Shown piece after piece: positions 8,185 to 23,100 of a stretch of 64,000 bases of DNA (positions are counted from its first letter, which is position 1; the number at the start of each line of letters is the position of its first letter). A program made the position numbers and the translations under genes. Below the pieces are notes generated by a model. It saw nothing but the letters and a program-made list of their open reading frames with translations. It ran no database searches and was not told the origin of the DNA. The stretch comes from the human T2T-CHM13v2.0 reference genome, Homo sapiens. The DNA lies in assembly GCF_009914755.1 (NCBI RefSeq), contig NC_060941.1, one strand, 5' to 3'.

Positions 8185-11100
8185 AATAGAATAGAATGTA
8201 ATGGATTTCAATGTATTTGACTAGAATGAAATAGAATCGAATGGAATGTAATCCAATAGAATGGAATGGAATGAAATGCAATGGAATAGAATGCAATGCA
8301 ATGGAACGGAATGTAGTGGAATCGGGTGGAATGGAATTGAATGGAATGGACTGGAATGGAATGGACTCGAATGGAATGCACTGGAGTGGATTGTATTCGA
8401 ATGAAATGGAAACGAAAGGAATGGAATGGAATGGAAAGGAATAGAATGGAATGGAATTGGATGGACTGGAGTCGAATGGAATAGAATCGAATGGAATGGC
8501 ATCAAATGGAATGGAATCTAATGGAATGTACTTGAATGGAATGGACTCGAATGGAATAGAATTGAATGGAATGGCATTGAATGAAATGGAATGGAATGGA
8601 ATGAAATGGACACAAATGTAATGGACTCGAATGGAATGGACTCAAATAGAATGGAATCGAAAGAAATGGTCTCGAATGGAATTTATTCGAATAGAATGGA
8701 ATCGAATGGAATGCAATAGTATGGAATGGAATCGAATGGAATGGAATCGAATGGAATGGACCGGAATGGAATGGACTGGAATAGAATGGAGTCGAATGTA
8801 ATGGATTGCAATGTAATTGATTCGAATGGAATCGAATCGAATGGAACGGAATCGAATGGAATGGACCAAAATGGAATGGACTGGAATAGAATGGAATCGA
8901 ATGTAGTGGATTGCAGTGTAATTGATTTGAAAGGAATGGAATCGAATGGAATGTAATCAAATGGAAAGGAATTGAATGAAATGGAATGGAATAAAATGGA
9001 ATGCAATGGAATGGAACAGAGCGGAATCGAGTGGAATGGAATCGAATGGAATGGACTGGAACAGAATGGACTCGAATGGAATGGAATGGAACAAAACGGA
9101 ATCAAACGGAATGGAATTGAATGGAACGGAACGGAACGGAATGGAATGGAATGGAATGGAATGGAATGGACTCGAATGGAATGGAGTTGAATGGAGTGGA
9201 ATCAAATGGAATGGAATCAAATAGAAGGCAATTGAATAGAATCGAAAGGAATAGAATGGAATGGAGAATAATGGAAAGATATCGAATGGAATGTAATGTA
9301 ATGGAAACAAATAGAATGCGATTGAATAGAATCGAATGGAATAGAATAGAATGCAGTATAATAGAAAGATACTGAATGTAATGTAATGTAATGGAATCAA
9401 ATGGAATGGACTGGAATGGAATGGACTCGAATGCAATGGACTGGAGTGGAATGGAATGAAATCGAATGGAACGGAATCGAATGGAATGGAATTGAATAGA
9501 ATCAAAAGGAATAGAATGGAATGGAGTGTAATGGAAAGATATCGAATGGAATGGAATGGAATGGACTCAAATGGAATTGACTGGAATGGAATGGACTCGA
9601 ATGGAATGGAATGCAGTCGAATGGAATAGAATCGAATGGAATGGAATCGAATAGAATGGAATTGAATAGAAACGAAGGGAATAGAAAGGAATGGAGTGTC
9701 AAGGAAAGTTATCGAATGGAATGGATTGGAATGGAATGGACTCGAAAGGAATGGACTGGAATGGACTGCAGTGGAATGGACGCGAATGGAATGAAAACAA
9801 ATGGAATGGAAAGGAATGGAATAGAATGAAATGGAATGGAATGGAATGGAATGGAATGGAAAGGAATAGAATGGAATGGAATGGAATTGGATGGAACAGA
9901 GTGGAACGGAATGGAGTCGAATGGAACAGAAATGAATGAAATGGCATAGAATGGAATTGAATGGAATGGAATTGACTCAAAAGGAATGCAATCGAATGGA
10001 ATAGAATAGAATGGATTGGCATCGAATGGAATGGAGCAGAATGGAATGGAATGGAATGGAATGGAATGGAATGGAATGGAATGGAATGGACCCAAATGTA
10101 ATGGACTCGAATGGAACAGACTGAAATAGAATGGACTCGAAAGGAATGGTGTCGAATGGAATTTATTCGAATAGAATGAAACTGAATGGAATGAAATAGA
10201 TTGGAATGGAATCGAATGGAATGGACGAGAATGGAATGGACTGGAATAGAACGGACTGGAATTTAATGGATTACAATGTAATTAAATCGAATGGAATGGA
10301 ACCGAATGGAATGTAATCAAATGCAATGGAATGGAATAGAATAGAATGGAATGCAATGGAATGGAACGGAGAGGAATAGATAGGAATGGAATCGAATGGA
10401 ATGGAATCGAATGGAATGGACTGGAATGGAATGGACTCGAATGGAGTGGACTGGAATAAAATGGAATTGAACGGATTGGAATGGAATGGAACGGAATGCA
10501 ATATAATGCAATGGAATGGACTCGAATGGAATGCAGTCGAATGGAATGGAACCGAATGGAATGGAATTGAATGGAATCAAAAGACTAGAATGGAATGGAG
10601 TGTAATGGAAAGATATCAAATGTAATGGAATGGAATGGACTCAAATGGAATGAACTGCAATGGAACGGACTTGATTGGAATGGACTGGAGTGGAATGGAC
10701 TTGAATGGAATGAAATGAAAAGGACTGGAATGGAAAGGAAAGGAAGAGAATGGAATGAAATCGGATGGAACGGAATGGAATGGAATGGAGTCAAATGGAA
10801 TAGAGTCGAATGAAATGACATTGAATGGAATGGAAAGGAATGGAAACGACCCGAATGGAATTGAAAAGAATGGAATGGAATGGAAAGGAACAGAATGGAA
10901 TGGAATGGAATGAAAAGGAATGGAATGGAATGGAAGGGAACACAATGGAATGGAATCAGATGGAATGGAATGGAATGGAATGGAATGGAATGGAATGGAA
11001 TGGAATGGAGTCAAATGGAATAGAATCAAACGGAACGGCATCGAATGGAATGGAATGGAATATAATGGAATAGAATGGACTCGAATGGAATGGATTCGAG

Positions 11101-14100
11101 TGGAATAGAATAGGATGGAATGGCATTGAATTGAATGGAATGGACCCAAATGTAATGGACTCGAATGGAATGGACTCAAATAGAATGCACTTGAAAGGAA
11201 TGGTCTCGAATGGGATTCATTCGAATGGAATGGAATCAAAAGGAATGCAATAGTATGGAATGGAATCGAATGGAATGGACCAGAATAGAATGGACTAGAA
11301 TGTACTGGATTGCAAATTGATTGATTCGAATGGAATGGAATCGAATGGACAGTAAGCAAATTGAATGCAATGCAATGCAATGCAATGGAATAGAATGGAA
11401 TGCAATGCAATGGAATGGATTGGAATCGAGTGGAATGGAATCGAATGGAATGGACTCGAACGGAATGGACTGGAACAAAATGGAATAGAACGGACTGGAA
11501 TGGAATGGAAAGGAATGGAATGGAGTGCAATGGAATGGACTCGAATGGAATGGAGTCGAATGGAATGGAACCAAATGGAATGTAATTTAATGGAATTGAA
11601 AAGAATAGAATGGAATGGAATGGAATGGAAAGATATTGAATGTAATGGAATGTAATGGACTCAAATGGAATGGAATGGAAAGGAATGGAATCGAATGTAA
11701 TGGACTGGAGTGGGATAGACTCAAATGGAATAAAAACGAATGGAATGGAAAGGAATGGAATGGAATGGAAAGGAATAGAATGGAATGAAATTGGATGGAA
11801 TTGAATGGAATGGATTCAAATGGAATAAAATCGAATGGAATGGCATTGAATGGAATGGAATGGAATGGAATGGAATGGAACGCAATGGACTCAAATGGAA
11901 TGGAAACGAATGGAATGGAATGCAATGGCATGGGATGCAATGGAATGGAATGGAGTCAAATGGAATAAAATCGAATGGAACGGCATCGAATGGAATGGAA
12001 TGGAATGGAATGGAGTGGAATGGACTCGAATGGAATGGATTCGAATGCAATAGAATAGAATGGAATGCCATCGAATGGATTGGAATGGAATGGAATGGAC
12101 GCAAATGTAATGGACTCGAATGGAATGGACTCAAATAGAATGCACTCGAAAGGAATGGTCTCGAATGGAATTTATTTGAATAGAATGGAATCGAATGGAA
12201 TGCAATAGTATGGAATGGAATCGAATGGAATGCACCAGAATGGAATGGACTGGAATAAAACGGACTTGAATGTAATGGTTTGCAATGTAATTGATTCGAA
12301 TGGAATGGAATGGAATGCAATGGAATGGACTGGAACAGAACGGACTCGAATGTAAGGGATTGCAATGTAATTGGTTTGAATGGAATGGAATCAAATGGAA
12401 TGTAATCCAATGGAACGGAATGGAATTGAATGCAATGGAATGGAATAGATGCAATGCAATGGAATGGAACGGAGTGGAATCGAGTGGAATGGAATTGAAT
12501 GGAGTGGGATCAAATGGAATGGAATCAAATGGAATAGACTGGAATGGAATGCACTCGAATGGAATGGACTGGAAAATAATGGAATCGAACAGTTTGGAAA
12601 CAAACAGAATGGAAAGCAATGACATGGAAGGGACTCGAATGGAAAGGAGTCAAGTGTAATGGAATCAAATGGAATGGGATTCAATGGAATCGAAAGGAAT
12701 AGAACGGAATGGAGTGTAATGGAAAGATATAGAATGGAATGGAATGGAATGGACTGGACTGGAATAGAGCGGACTCGAATGGATTGCACTGGAGAGGAAT
12801 GGAATCGAATGAATGGAAAAGAATGGAATGGAATGGAATGGAATGGAATGGAATGGAATGGAATAGAATGGAATGGAATCGGACGGAACGGAATGGAACG
12901 AAATGGAATGGTATGGAGTTGAATGGAATAGAATCGAATGGAATGGCATCGAATGGAATGGATCCAAATGTTATGGACTCGAATGGAATGGACTCAAAGA
13001 GAATGGTCTCGAAAGGAATGGTTTCAAATGGAATTTATTTCAACAGAATGGAATCGAATGGAATGCAATAGAATGGAATGGAATGGAATTGAATGGAATG
13101 GACCAGAGTGGAATGGACTGGAATAGAATGGACTGGAATGTAATGGATTGAAATGTAATTGATTTGAATGGAATGGAATCAAATGGAATGGAATCAAATG
13201 GAATGAAATGGAATGCAATCGAATGGAATAGAATGCAACGCAATGGAATCTAACGGATTGGAAGCGAGTGGAATGGAATCGAATGGAATGAAATCAAATG
13301 GAATGGAGTCAAAAGGAATGGACTGGAACAAAATGGAATAGAATGGATAGGAATCGAACGGAAAGGAATGGAATGGAATGAAAAGGAATGGAGTCAAATA
13401 GAATGGAATCGAAAGGAATGGAATTCAATGGAATTGAATTGAATTGAATCGAAAGGAATAGAATGGAATGGAGTGTCATAGAAACATATCAAATGGAATG
13501 GAATGGAATGGACTCGAATGGAATGGACAGGAATGGAATGGACTCGATGGAATGGAACGGAGGGGAATGGACTTGAATGGACTGGAAACGAATGAAATGG
13601 AATAGAATGCAATGGAATGGAATGGAAAGGAAGAGAATGGAATGCAATCAGAAGGAATGGAATGGAAGGGAGTGGAGTGGAAAGCAATAGAATTGAAAGG
13701 AATCGCATTGAATGGTATGGAATGGAATGGACTCTAATGGAATGGACTCGAATGGAGTGGCATCGAATGGAATAGAGTGGAATGGAATGGAATGGAATGG
13801 AATGGAATGGTCCCAAAAGTAATGGACTCGAATGAAAAGGACTCAAATAGAATGGATTCGAAAGCAATGGTCTCGAATGGAATTTATCCAAATAGAATGG
13901 AATCGAAAGGAATGCAATAGTATGGAATGGAATCGAATGAAATGGAATCGAATGGAATGGATTGGAATGGAATGGACTGGAATAATACGGACTCGAATGT
14001 AATGGATTGCAATGTAATTGATTCGAATGGAATTGAATTGAGTGGAATGTAATCAAATGGAATCGAATGGAGTGCAATGGAATGGAATACAATGGAATGC

Positions 14101-17100
14101 AATGGAATGGAAAAGAACGGAGTGGAATCGAGTGGAATGGAATCGAATGGAATGGAATCAAATGAAATGGAATCAATAAAATGGACGTGGGACAAAACGG
14201 AATCAAACGGATTGGAATAGAACGGAACAGAATGGAATGGAGGGTAATGGACTCGAATGGAATGGAGTCGAATGGAATGGAATGGAATGGAATGGAATGG
14301 AATGGAATGGAATGGAGTGTAGTAGAAAGATATCGAATGGAATGGAATGAAATGGAATGGACTGGAATGGAATGGAATGGAGTGGAATGGAAACGAATGG
14401 AATGGAATGAAAGGAATAGAATGGAATAAAATCGGATGGAATGGAATGGAATGGAATGGTGTCGAATGGAGTAGAATCGAATGGAACGGCATCAGATGGA
14501 ATTGAATGGAATGGAATGGACTCGAATGGAATGGAATCGAATAGAATATAAATGAACGGAATGGCATCAAATGGAATGGAATGGAATGGCATGGAATTGA
14601 ATGGACCCAAATGTAATGGACCTAAATGGAATGGACTCAAAGAGAATGGACTGGAAACGAACGGTCTCGAAAGGAATTCATTCAAATAGATTCGAATCGT
14701 ATTGAATGAAATAGTTTGGAAGGGAATCAAATGGAATGGAATTGAATGGAATGGAGCAGAAAAGAAGGGACTGGAATAGAACGGACTCAAATGTAATGGA
14801 TTGCAATGTAATAGATTTGCATGGATTGGAAAGGAATGGAATATAATCGAATGGAAAGGAATGGAATGCAATGGAATGGAATAGAACGGAATGCAATAGA
14901 ATGGAACAGAGTGGAATCGAGAGGAATGGAATCGAATGGAATGGAATTGACTGGAAAAAAAGGAAATGAAAGGATTGGATTTGAACGGAACAGAATGGAA
15001 AGGAATGGAATGGAACATACTTGAATGGAATGGAATATACTCGAATGGAATGCAGTCAAATGGAGTGGAATCGAATAGATGGAAATGAATGGAATTGAAA
15101 GCAGTAGAATGGAATGGACGGTAAGGGAAACATATCAAATGGAATGAATGGCATAGAATGGACTCGAATGGAATGGAATGGAATGGGGCGGACTCGAATG
15201 GAATGCACTGGAGTGGAATGGACTCGAATGGAATGGAAACGAATGGAATGGAATGGAATGGAACGGAAAGGAATAGAATGGAATGGAATCGGATGGAACG
15301 GAATGGATTGGAATGCAGTCAAATGGAATACAACCGAATGGAATGGCATCAAATAGAATGGAATGCAATGGAATGGAGTGGACTCGAATAGAATGGACTC
15401 AAATGGAATAAAATCAAATGGAATGGTATCGAATGGAATGGAATTTAATGGAATGGACACAAATGTAATGGACTCACATGGAAATGACTCAAATAGAATG
15501 GAATAGAAAGAAATGGTCTCAAATGGAAATTATGTGAGTAGAATGGAATCGAATGGAATTCAACAGTATGGAATGGAATCGAATGCAATGGAATCAATTC
15601 GAATGGACTGGAATAAAACGGAGTCGAATGCAATGGATTGCAATGTAATTGATTCGAATAAAAAGGAATCGAATGGAATGGAAACGAATGGAATGGACCG
15701 GAATGGAATGGACACGAATAGACCGGACTCGAATGTAATGGATTGCAATGTAATTGATTTGAATGGAATGGAATCGATGGGAATGTAATCCAATTGATTG
15801 GAATGGAAATCAATGGAATGGAATAGAATGCAATGCAATGGAATGGAATGGAGTGGATTCGACTAGAATGGAATCGAATGGAATCGAATTGAATGGAATG
15901 GGATCGAATGGAATGGATTGGAACACAATGGAATGGAACGGATTGGAATCAAACGGAACGGAATGGAATGGAATGGAATGGACTCGAATGGAACGGAGTC
16001 GAATGGAATGGAACCGAATGGAATGGAATCGAATGGAATGGAACTGAATGGAATCGAAAGGAATAGAATGGAATGGAGTGCAATGTAAAGAAATCAAATG
16101 GAATGGAATGGACTCGAATGGAATGGAATGGAATGGACAGGAAAGGAATGGACTGGAGTGGAAAGGACTTGAAGGGAATGGTCTGGAGAGGAACAGACAC
16201 GAATGGAATGGAAACAAATGGAATGGAATAGAATGGAATGGAATGGAAAGGAATAGCCTGGAATAAAATGGGATGGAACGGATTTGAATGGAATGGAATG
16301 GAATGGAGTCAAATGGAATAGAATCGAATGGAATGGCGTCGAACGAAATGGAATGGAATGGACTCGAATGGAATGGACTAGAGTGGAATAGAATAGAATG
16401 GAATGCAATCAAATTGAATGGAATGGAATGGACTGGAATGGAATGGAATGGAATGGACCCAAAGGTAATGGACTCGAATGGAATGGACTCAAATAGAATG
16501 AACTCGAAAGGAATAGTCTCGAATGGAATTTATTCGAATAGAATTGAATTGAATGGAATGAAATAGTATGGAGTGGAATAGAATTGTATGGACCGGAATA
16601 GAATGGACTGGAATAGATTGGACTTGGATCTAATGGATTGCAATGTGATTGATTCGAATGGAATGGAATCAAATGGAAAGTAATCAAATGGAATGGAATG
16701 GAATGCAAAGGAATGGAATAGAATGGAATGCAATGGAATGGAACAGAACGGAGTGGAATCGAGTGGAATGGAATCGAATTGAATGGAATCGAATGGAATG
16801 GACGTGAATGGAATCGACATGGGACAAAAAGGAATCGAACGGATTGGAATCGAATTGGAATGAATGAAATTGAATGGAATGGACCTGAATGGAATGGAGT
16901 CAAATGGAATGGGATCTAATGGAATGGAATCAAATGGAATGGAATTGAATGGAATGGAATTGAAAGGAATGGAGTATAATGGAAAGTTATCGAATGGAAT
17001 TTAATGGAATGGACTCGAATGGAATGGACTGTAATGGAATGGACTAGAATGGAATGGAATGGAGTGGAATGGACTCGAATGAAATGGACTCGAGTGGAAT

Positions 17101-20100
17101 GGACTCGAATGGAATGGAAACGACTTGAATGGAATGGAAAATAATATAATGCAATGGAATCGGATGGAACGGAATGGAATGTTACAGAGTTGAAAGAAAT
17201 AGAGTCGAATGGAATGGCATCAAATGGAATGGAATGGAATGGAGTGGAATGGACTTGAATGGAATGGATTCGAATGGGATAGAATAGATTGGAATGCCAT
17301 TGAATGGATTGGAATGGAATGGAATGGACCCAAATGTAATGGACTCAAATGGAATGGACTCAAATAGAATGGACTTGAAAGGAATGGGCTCGAATGGAAT
17401 TCTTTCGAACAGAATCGAATCGAATGGAATGCAGCAGTATTGAATGGAATCGAATGGAATGGAATTGAATGGAATGGACCGGAATGGAATGGACTGGAAT
17501 AGAACAGACTCGAATGTAATGGATTGTAATGTAATTGATTCGAATGGAAAGGAATCGAGGGGAATTTAATCCAATGGAATGGAATGGAAACCAATGGAAT
17601 GCAATAGAATGCAATGCAATGGAATGGAATTGAGGGGAATCGCATGGAATGGAATCGAATGGAATGGAATTGAATTGAATGGAATAGAATGGAATGGACT
17701 CGAATGGAATGGACTCAAATGGAATGGACTGAAATAAAATGGATTGGAACGGATTGGAATCGAACGGAATGGAAAGGAGAGGAATGGATTGGAATGGACT
17801 CAAATGGAATGGAAAGGAATGGATTGGAATGGACTCAAATGGAATGGAGTCGAACAGAATGGAACTGAATAGAATGCTATCTAATGGAATGGAATGAATG
17901 GAATTGAAAGGAATACAATGGAATGGGGTGCAAAGGAAATTTAACGAATGGAATGGAATTGAATGGAATGGACAGGAATGGACTTGAATGGAATGGACTG
18001 GAGTGGAATGGACTTGAATGGAATGGGCTGGAGTGGAATGGACTCGAAGGAAATTGAAACGAATGGAATGGAATGGAAAGGAATAGACTGGAATGGAATG
18101 GGATGGAACGCAAAGGAATGGAATGGAATGGAGTCGAATGGAATAGAATCGAATGGAATGGCATCAAATGGAATGGAATGGAATGGACTCGAATAGAATG
18201 GAATCGAATGGAATAGAATCAAAATGAATGGCATCAAATGGAATGAAATTGAATGAAATGGAATGGAATGGACCCAAATGTAACGGAATCGCATAGAATG
18301 CACTCAAATAGAATGGACTCAAAAGGAATGGTCTTGAATGGAATTTATTAGAATAGAATGAAATCGAATGGAATCAAATAGTATTGAATGGAATCGAATG
18401 GAATGGAATCGAATTGAATGGACCGGAATGGAATGGACTGTAATAGACTGGACTCGAATGTAATGGACTGCAATGTGATTGATGTGAATGGAATGGAATC
18501 GAATGGAATGTAATCAAATGGAATGGAATGGAATCGAATGGAATGCCATGTAATGTAATGGAACGGAGTGGAATTGAGTGGAATGGAATTGAATGGAGTA
18601 GAAATGAATGGAATGGAATTGAATGCAATGGATTCGAATGGAATGGACTTGGTACAAAGTGGAATCGAAAGGATGGGAATCCAATGGAATGGAATGAAAT
18701 GGTATGAAATGGAATAGACTCAAATGGAATGGAGTCGAATGGAATGGACTTGAATGTAATGGAGTTGAATGGAGTGGAATGGAATGGAATGGAATTCAGT
18801 GGAACAGAGCACGATGGAAAGATATCAAATGGAATGGAATGGAATGGACTCGAATGGAATGGACTGGAATGGAATGGACTAGAATGGAATGGACAGGAGT
18901 GGAATGGACTCGAGTGGAATGGACTCGTATGGAATGGAAACAAATGGAATGGAATGGAAAGAATTATAATGGAAGGGAATCAGATTGAACGGAATGGAAT
19001 GTAATGGAGTCAAAAGGAATAGAATCGAATGGAATGGCATCAAATGGAATGGAATGGAATGGAGTGGAATGGATTCGAATGGAATAGAATAGAATGGAAT
19101 TCCGTCGAATGGATTGGAATGGAATGAAATGGAATGGACCCAAATGTAATGGACTCAAACGGAATGCATTCAAATAGAATGGACTCGAATAGAATTCATC
19201 CAAATAGAATCATATTGAATGGAATGCAGTAGTAGTGAATGGAATCAAATGGAATGGAGTTGAATGGAATGGACCAGAATCGAATGGAATGGAGTTGAAT
19301 GGAATGGACTGGAATAGAGCGGACTCGAATGTAATGGATTGCAATGTAATTGATTCGAATGAAATGGAATGTAATACAATGGAATGGAATGGAAACCAAT
19401 GGAATGCAATAGAATGCAATGCAATGGAATGGAATGGAGTGGAATCGGGTGGAATGGAATCGAATGGAATGGAATTGAATGGTATGGAATTGAATGGAAT
19501 TGACTGGAATGGAATGGACTGGAACAAAATGGATTGGAAAGGATTGGAATCTAATGGAAAGGAATGGAGTGGAATGGACTGGAATGGACTCAAATGGAAT
19601 GGAGTCGAATGGAATGGAACCGAATGGAATGCAATCGAATGGAATCGAAAGGAACAGAATGGAATGGAGTGCAATGGAAAGTTATCGAATGGAATGGAAT
19701 TGAATGGAATGGACTCAAATGGAATGGACTGGAGTGGAATGGAATTGATTAGAATGGGTTGGACTGGAATGGATTCGAATTTAATGGAATGGAAAGAAAT
19801 AGACTGGAATGGAATGGGATGGAACGGAATGGAATGGAAGGGAATGGAATGGAATGGAGTCAAATGGAATAGAATCGAGTGGAATGGCATCAAATGGAAT
19901 GGAATGCAATGGATTCGAAAGGAATGGACTCGAATGGAATAGAATCGAAAGGAATGGCATCGAATGGAATGTTATTGAATGAAATGGAATGGAATGGACC
20001 CAAATGTAATGGACTCGAATGGAATGGACTCAAAGAGAATGGACTCGAAAGGAATGGTCTCGAATGGAATTTATTCGAATCGAATGGAATGAAATAGTAT

Positions 20101-23100
20101 GGAATGGAATGGAATGGAATGGAATGGAATGGAATGGAATAGAAAGGACTCGAATGTAATGGAATGCAATGTGATTGATTCGAATGTAATGGAATCGAAT
20201 CGAATGTAATCAAATGGAATGGAATGGAAGGAAAAAGAATGGAATAGAATGGAATGCAATGTAATGGAATGGAACGGAGTGGAATTGAGTGGAATGGAAA
20301 AGAATGGAATGGAATCGAATGGAATGGATTCGAATGTAATGGACTTGGGACAAAATGGAATCAAATGGATTGGAATCGAACGGAACGGAATGAAATGGTT
20401 TGGAATGGAATGGACTCGAATGGAATGGAGTCGAATGGAATGGACTGGAGTGGAAAGGACTCAAATGTAATGTAAACGAATGGAATGGAAAGGAATAGAA
20501 TGGAATGGAATCGGATGGAATGGAATGGAATGGAATGGAATGGAATGGAATGGAATGGAATGGAGTAGAATGGAAAAGAGTCGAATGGAATGGCTTCGAA
20601 TGGAATGGAATGGAATGTACTCAAATGGAATGGACTCGAATGGAATAGAATCAAATGGAATGGTATCAAATGGAATGGAATGGAATGGAATCGAATGGAG
20701 TGGATGCAAATGTAATGGACTTGAATGGAATGGACTCAAATAGAATAGAATCGAAAGGAATGGTCTCGAATGGAATTAATTCAAATAAAATGGAATCGAA
20801 TGGAATGCAATAGTATGGAATGGATTCGAATGGAATGGAATCGAAAGGAATGGACCAGAATGGAATGGAATAGAATAGAACAGACTCGAATGGAATGGAT
20901 TGCAAAGTAATTGATTCGAATGTAATAGAATTGAATTGAATGTATTCAAATGGAACAGAATGGAATGCAATGGAATGGAATAGAATGGAATGCAAAGGAA
21001 TGGAATGGAGTGGAATCGAGTAGAATGGAATCGAATGGATTGGAATTGAATTGAATGGACTGGAATGGAATAGACTCGAATGGACTAGACTGGAACAAAA
21101 TTGAATCGAACAGATTGGAATCGAAAGGAAAGGAATGGAATGGAATAGAATCGAATAGAATGGAGTCGAATGGAATGAAATTGAATTCAATGAAGTCGAA
21201 TGAAATGGAATTGAATGGAATCCAAAGGAATAGAATAGAATGGAGTCTAATGGAAAGATATTGAATATAATGGAAAAGAGTGGATGCGAATAGAATGGAC
21301 TGGAATGGAATGGACTCGAATGGAATGGACTGGAGTGGAATGGACTCAAATGGAACGGAAACAAATGGAATGGAAAGGAATGGAATGGAATGGAGTAGAA
21401 TGGAAAAGAATCGAATGGAATGGCATAGAATGGAATGGAATGGAATGGGCTCGAATGGAATGGAACCGAATGGAAAAGAATACAATGGAATGGCATCGAA
21501 TTGAATGGAAAGGAATGGATTGGAATGGAATGGAATGGTCCCAAAGGTAATGGGCTCGAACGGAATGGACTCAAATATAATGGACTCAAAAGGAATGGTC
21601 TCAAATGGAATTTATTCGAATAGAATTGAATCGAATGGAATGCAACAGTATGCAATGGAATCGAATGAAATGGAATCGAACGGAATGGACAAGAACAGCA
21701 TGGACTGGAATAGAACGGACTCGAATGTAATGGATTGCAATGTAATTGATTTGAATGGAATGGAATCGAATGGAATGTAATCAAATGGAATGGAATGGAA
21801 TGCAATGGAAAGGAATAGAATGGAATGCAATGGAATGAAATGGAGTGGAATCGAGTGGAATGGAATCGAATGGAATGGAATTAAATCAAATGGAATCGAA
21901 TGGTATGGACCTGAATGGAATGGACTCGAAAGGAATGGACTGGAACAAAATGGAATCGAACGAATTGGAGTCTAATGGAACGGAAAGGAATGGAATGGAA
22001 TTGAATGGAATGGAATGGAATTTAATGAAATGGAATGGAATGGACTCAAAACGAAAGTAGTTGAATGGAATGGAATCGAATGAAATGGAATCAAATGGAA
22101 TGGAATTGAATGGAATGGAGTGTAATGGAAAGATATAGAATGGAATGGAATGGAATGGAATGGAATGGAATTGAATGCACTGGAATGGAATGGACACGAA
22201 TGGAATGGACTGGAATGAAATAGACTCGAATGTAATTGACTGCAGTGGAATAGACTCAAATGGAATGGAAACGAATGGAATGGAAGGGAATAGAATGGGA
22301 AAGAACAGAATTTAATGGAATCGGAATGGAATGGAATCGGAAGAAATGGAATGTAAAGTAGACGAATGGAATAGAATCGAATGGAATGGCATCGAATGGA
22401 ATGGAATGGAATGGATTCGAATGGAATGGACTCGAATGGAGCAGAATCGAATGGAATGACATCGAATGGAACGCAAAGGAATGGAATGGACCCAAATGTA
22501 ATGGACTCTAATGGAATGGATTCAAATAGAATGGACTTGGAAGGAACGGTCTCGAATGGAATTTATTCGAATAGAATGGAATCGAATGGAATGCCATAGT
22601 ATGGAATGGAATCAAATAGTATGTAATCGAATTTAATGGACTGGAATGGAATACGCTGGAATAGAATGCACTCGAATGTAATGGATTGCTATGTAATTGA
22701 TTCGAATGGATTGGAATCAATTGGAATGTAATCAAGTGGAATGGAATGGAATGCAATGGAATGGAATAGAACGGAATTCAATGGAAAGGAAAGGAGTGGA
22801 ATCAAGTGGAATGGAATCAAATGGAATGGAATTGAATGGGATGGAATCGAATGGAATTTACTGGAATGGAATGGACTCGAATGGAATGAACTGGAACAAA
22901 ATGGGACCAAAGGGATTGGAATCGAATGGAAAGGAAAGGAATGGCATGGAATGGACTTGAATGGAATGCATTCGAATGGAATGGAACCGAATGGAATGGA
23001 GTCGAATGGGATTGAACCGAATGGAATGGAATTGAATGGAATTGAAATGAATGGAATCGAAAGGAAGAGAATGGAATGGAGTGTAATGGAATATCAAACG

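Noticed and set aside
2782-8186. Short 60-126 aa ORFs in the unique/TE region
   Set aside because: They fall in Alu, L1, MIR or simple repeats, or show no recognisable homology apart from the BSND overlap. ORFs of this length are expected by chance.
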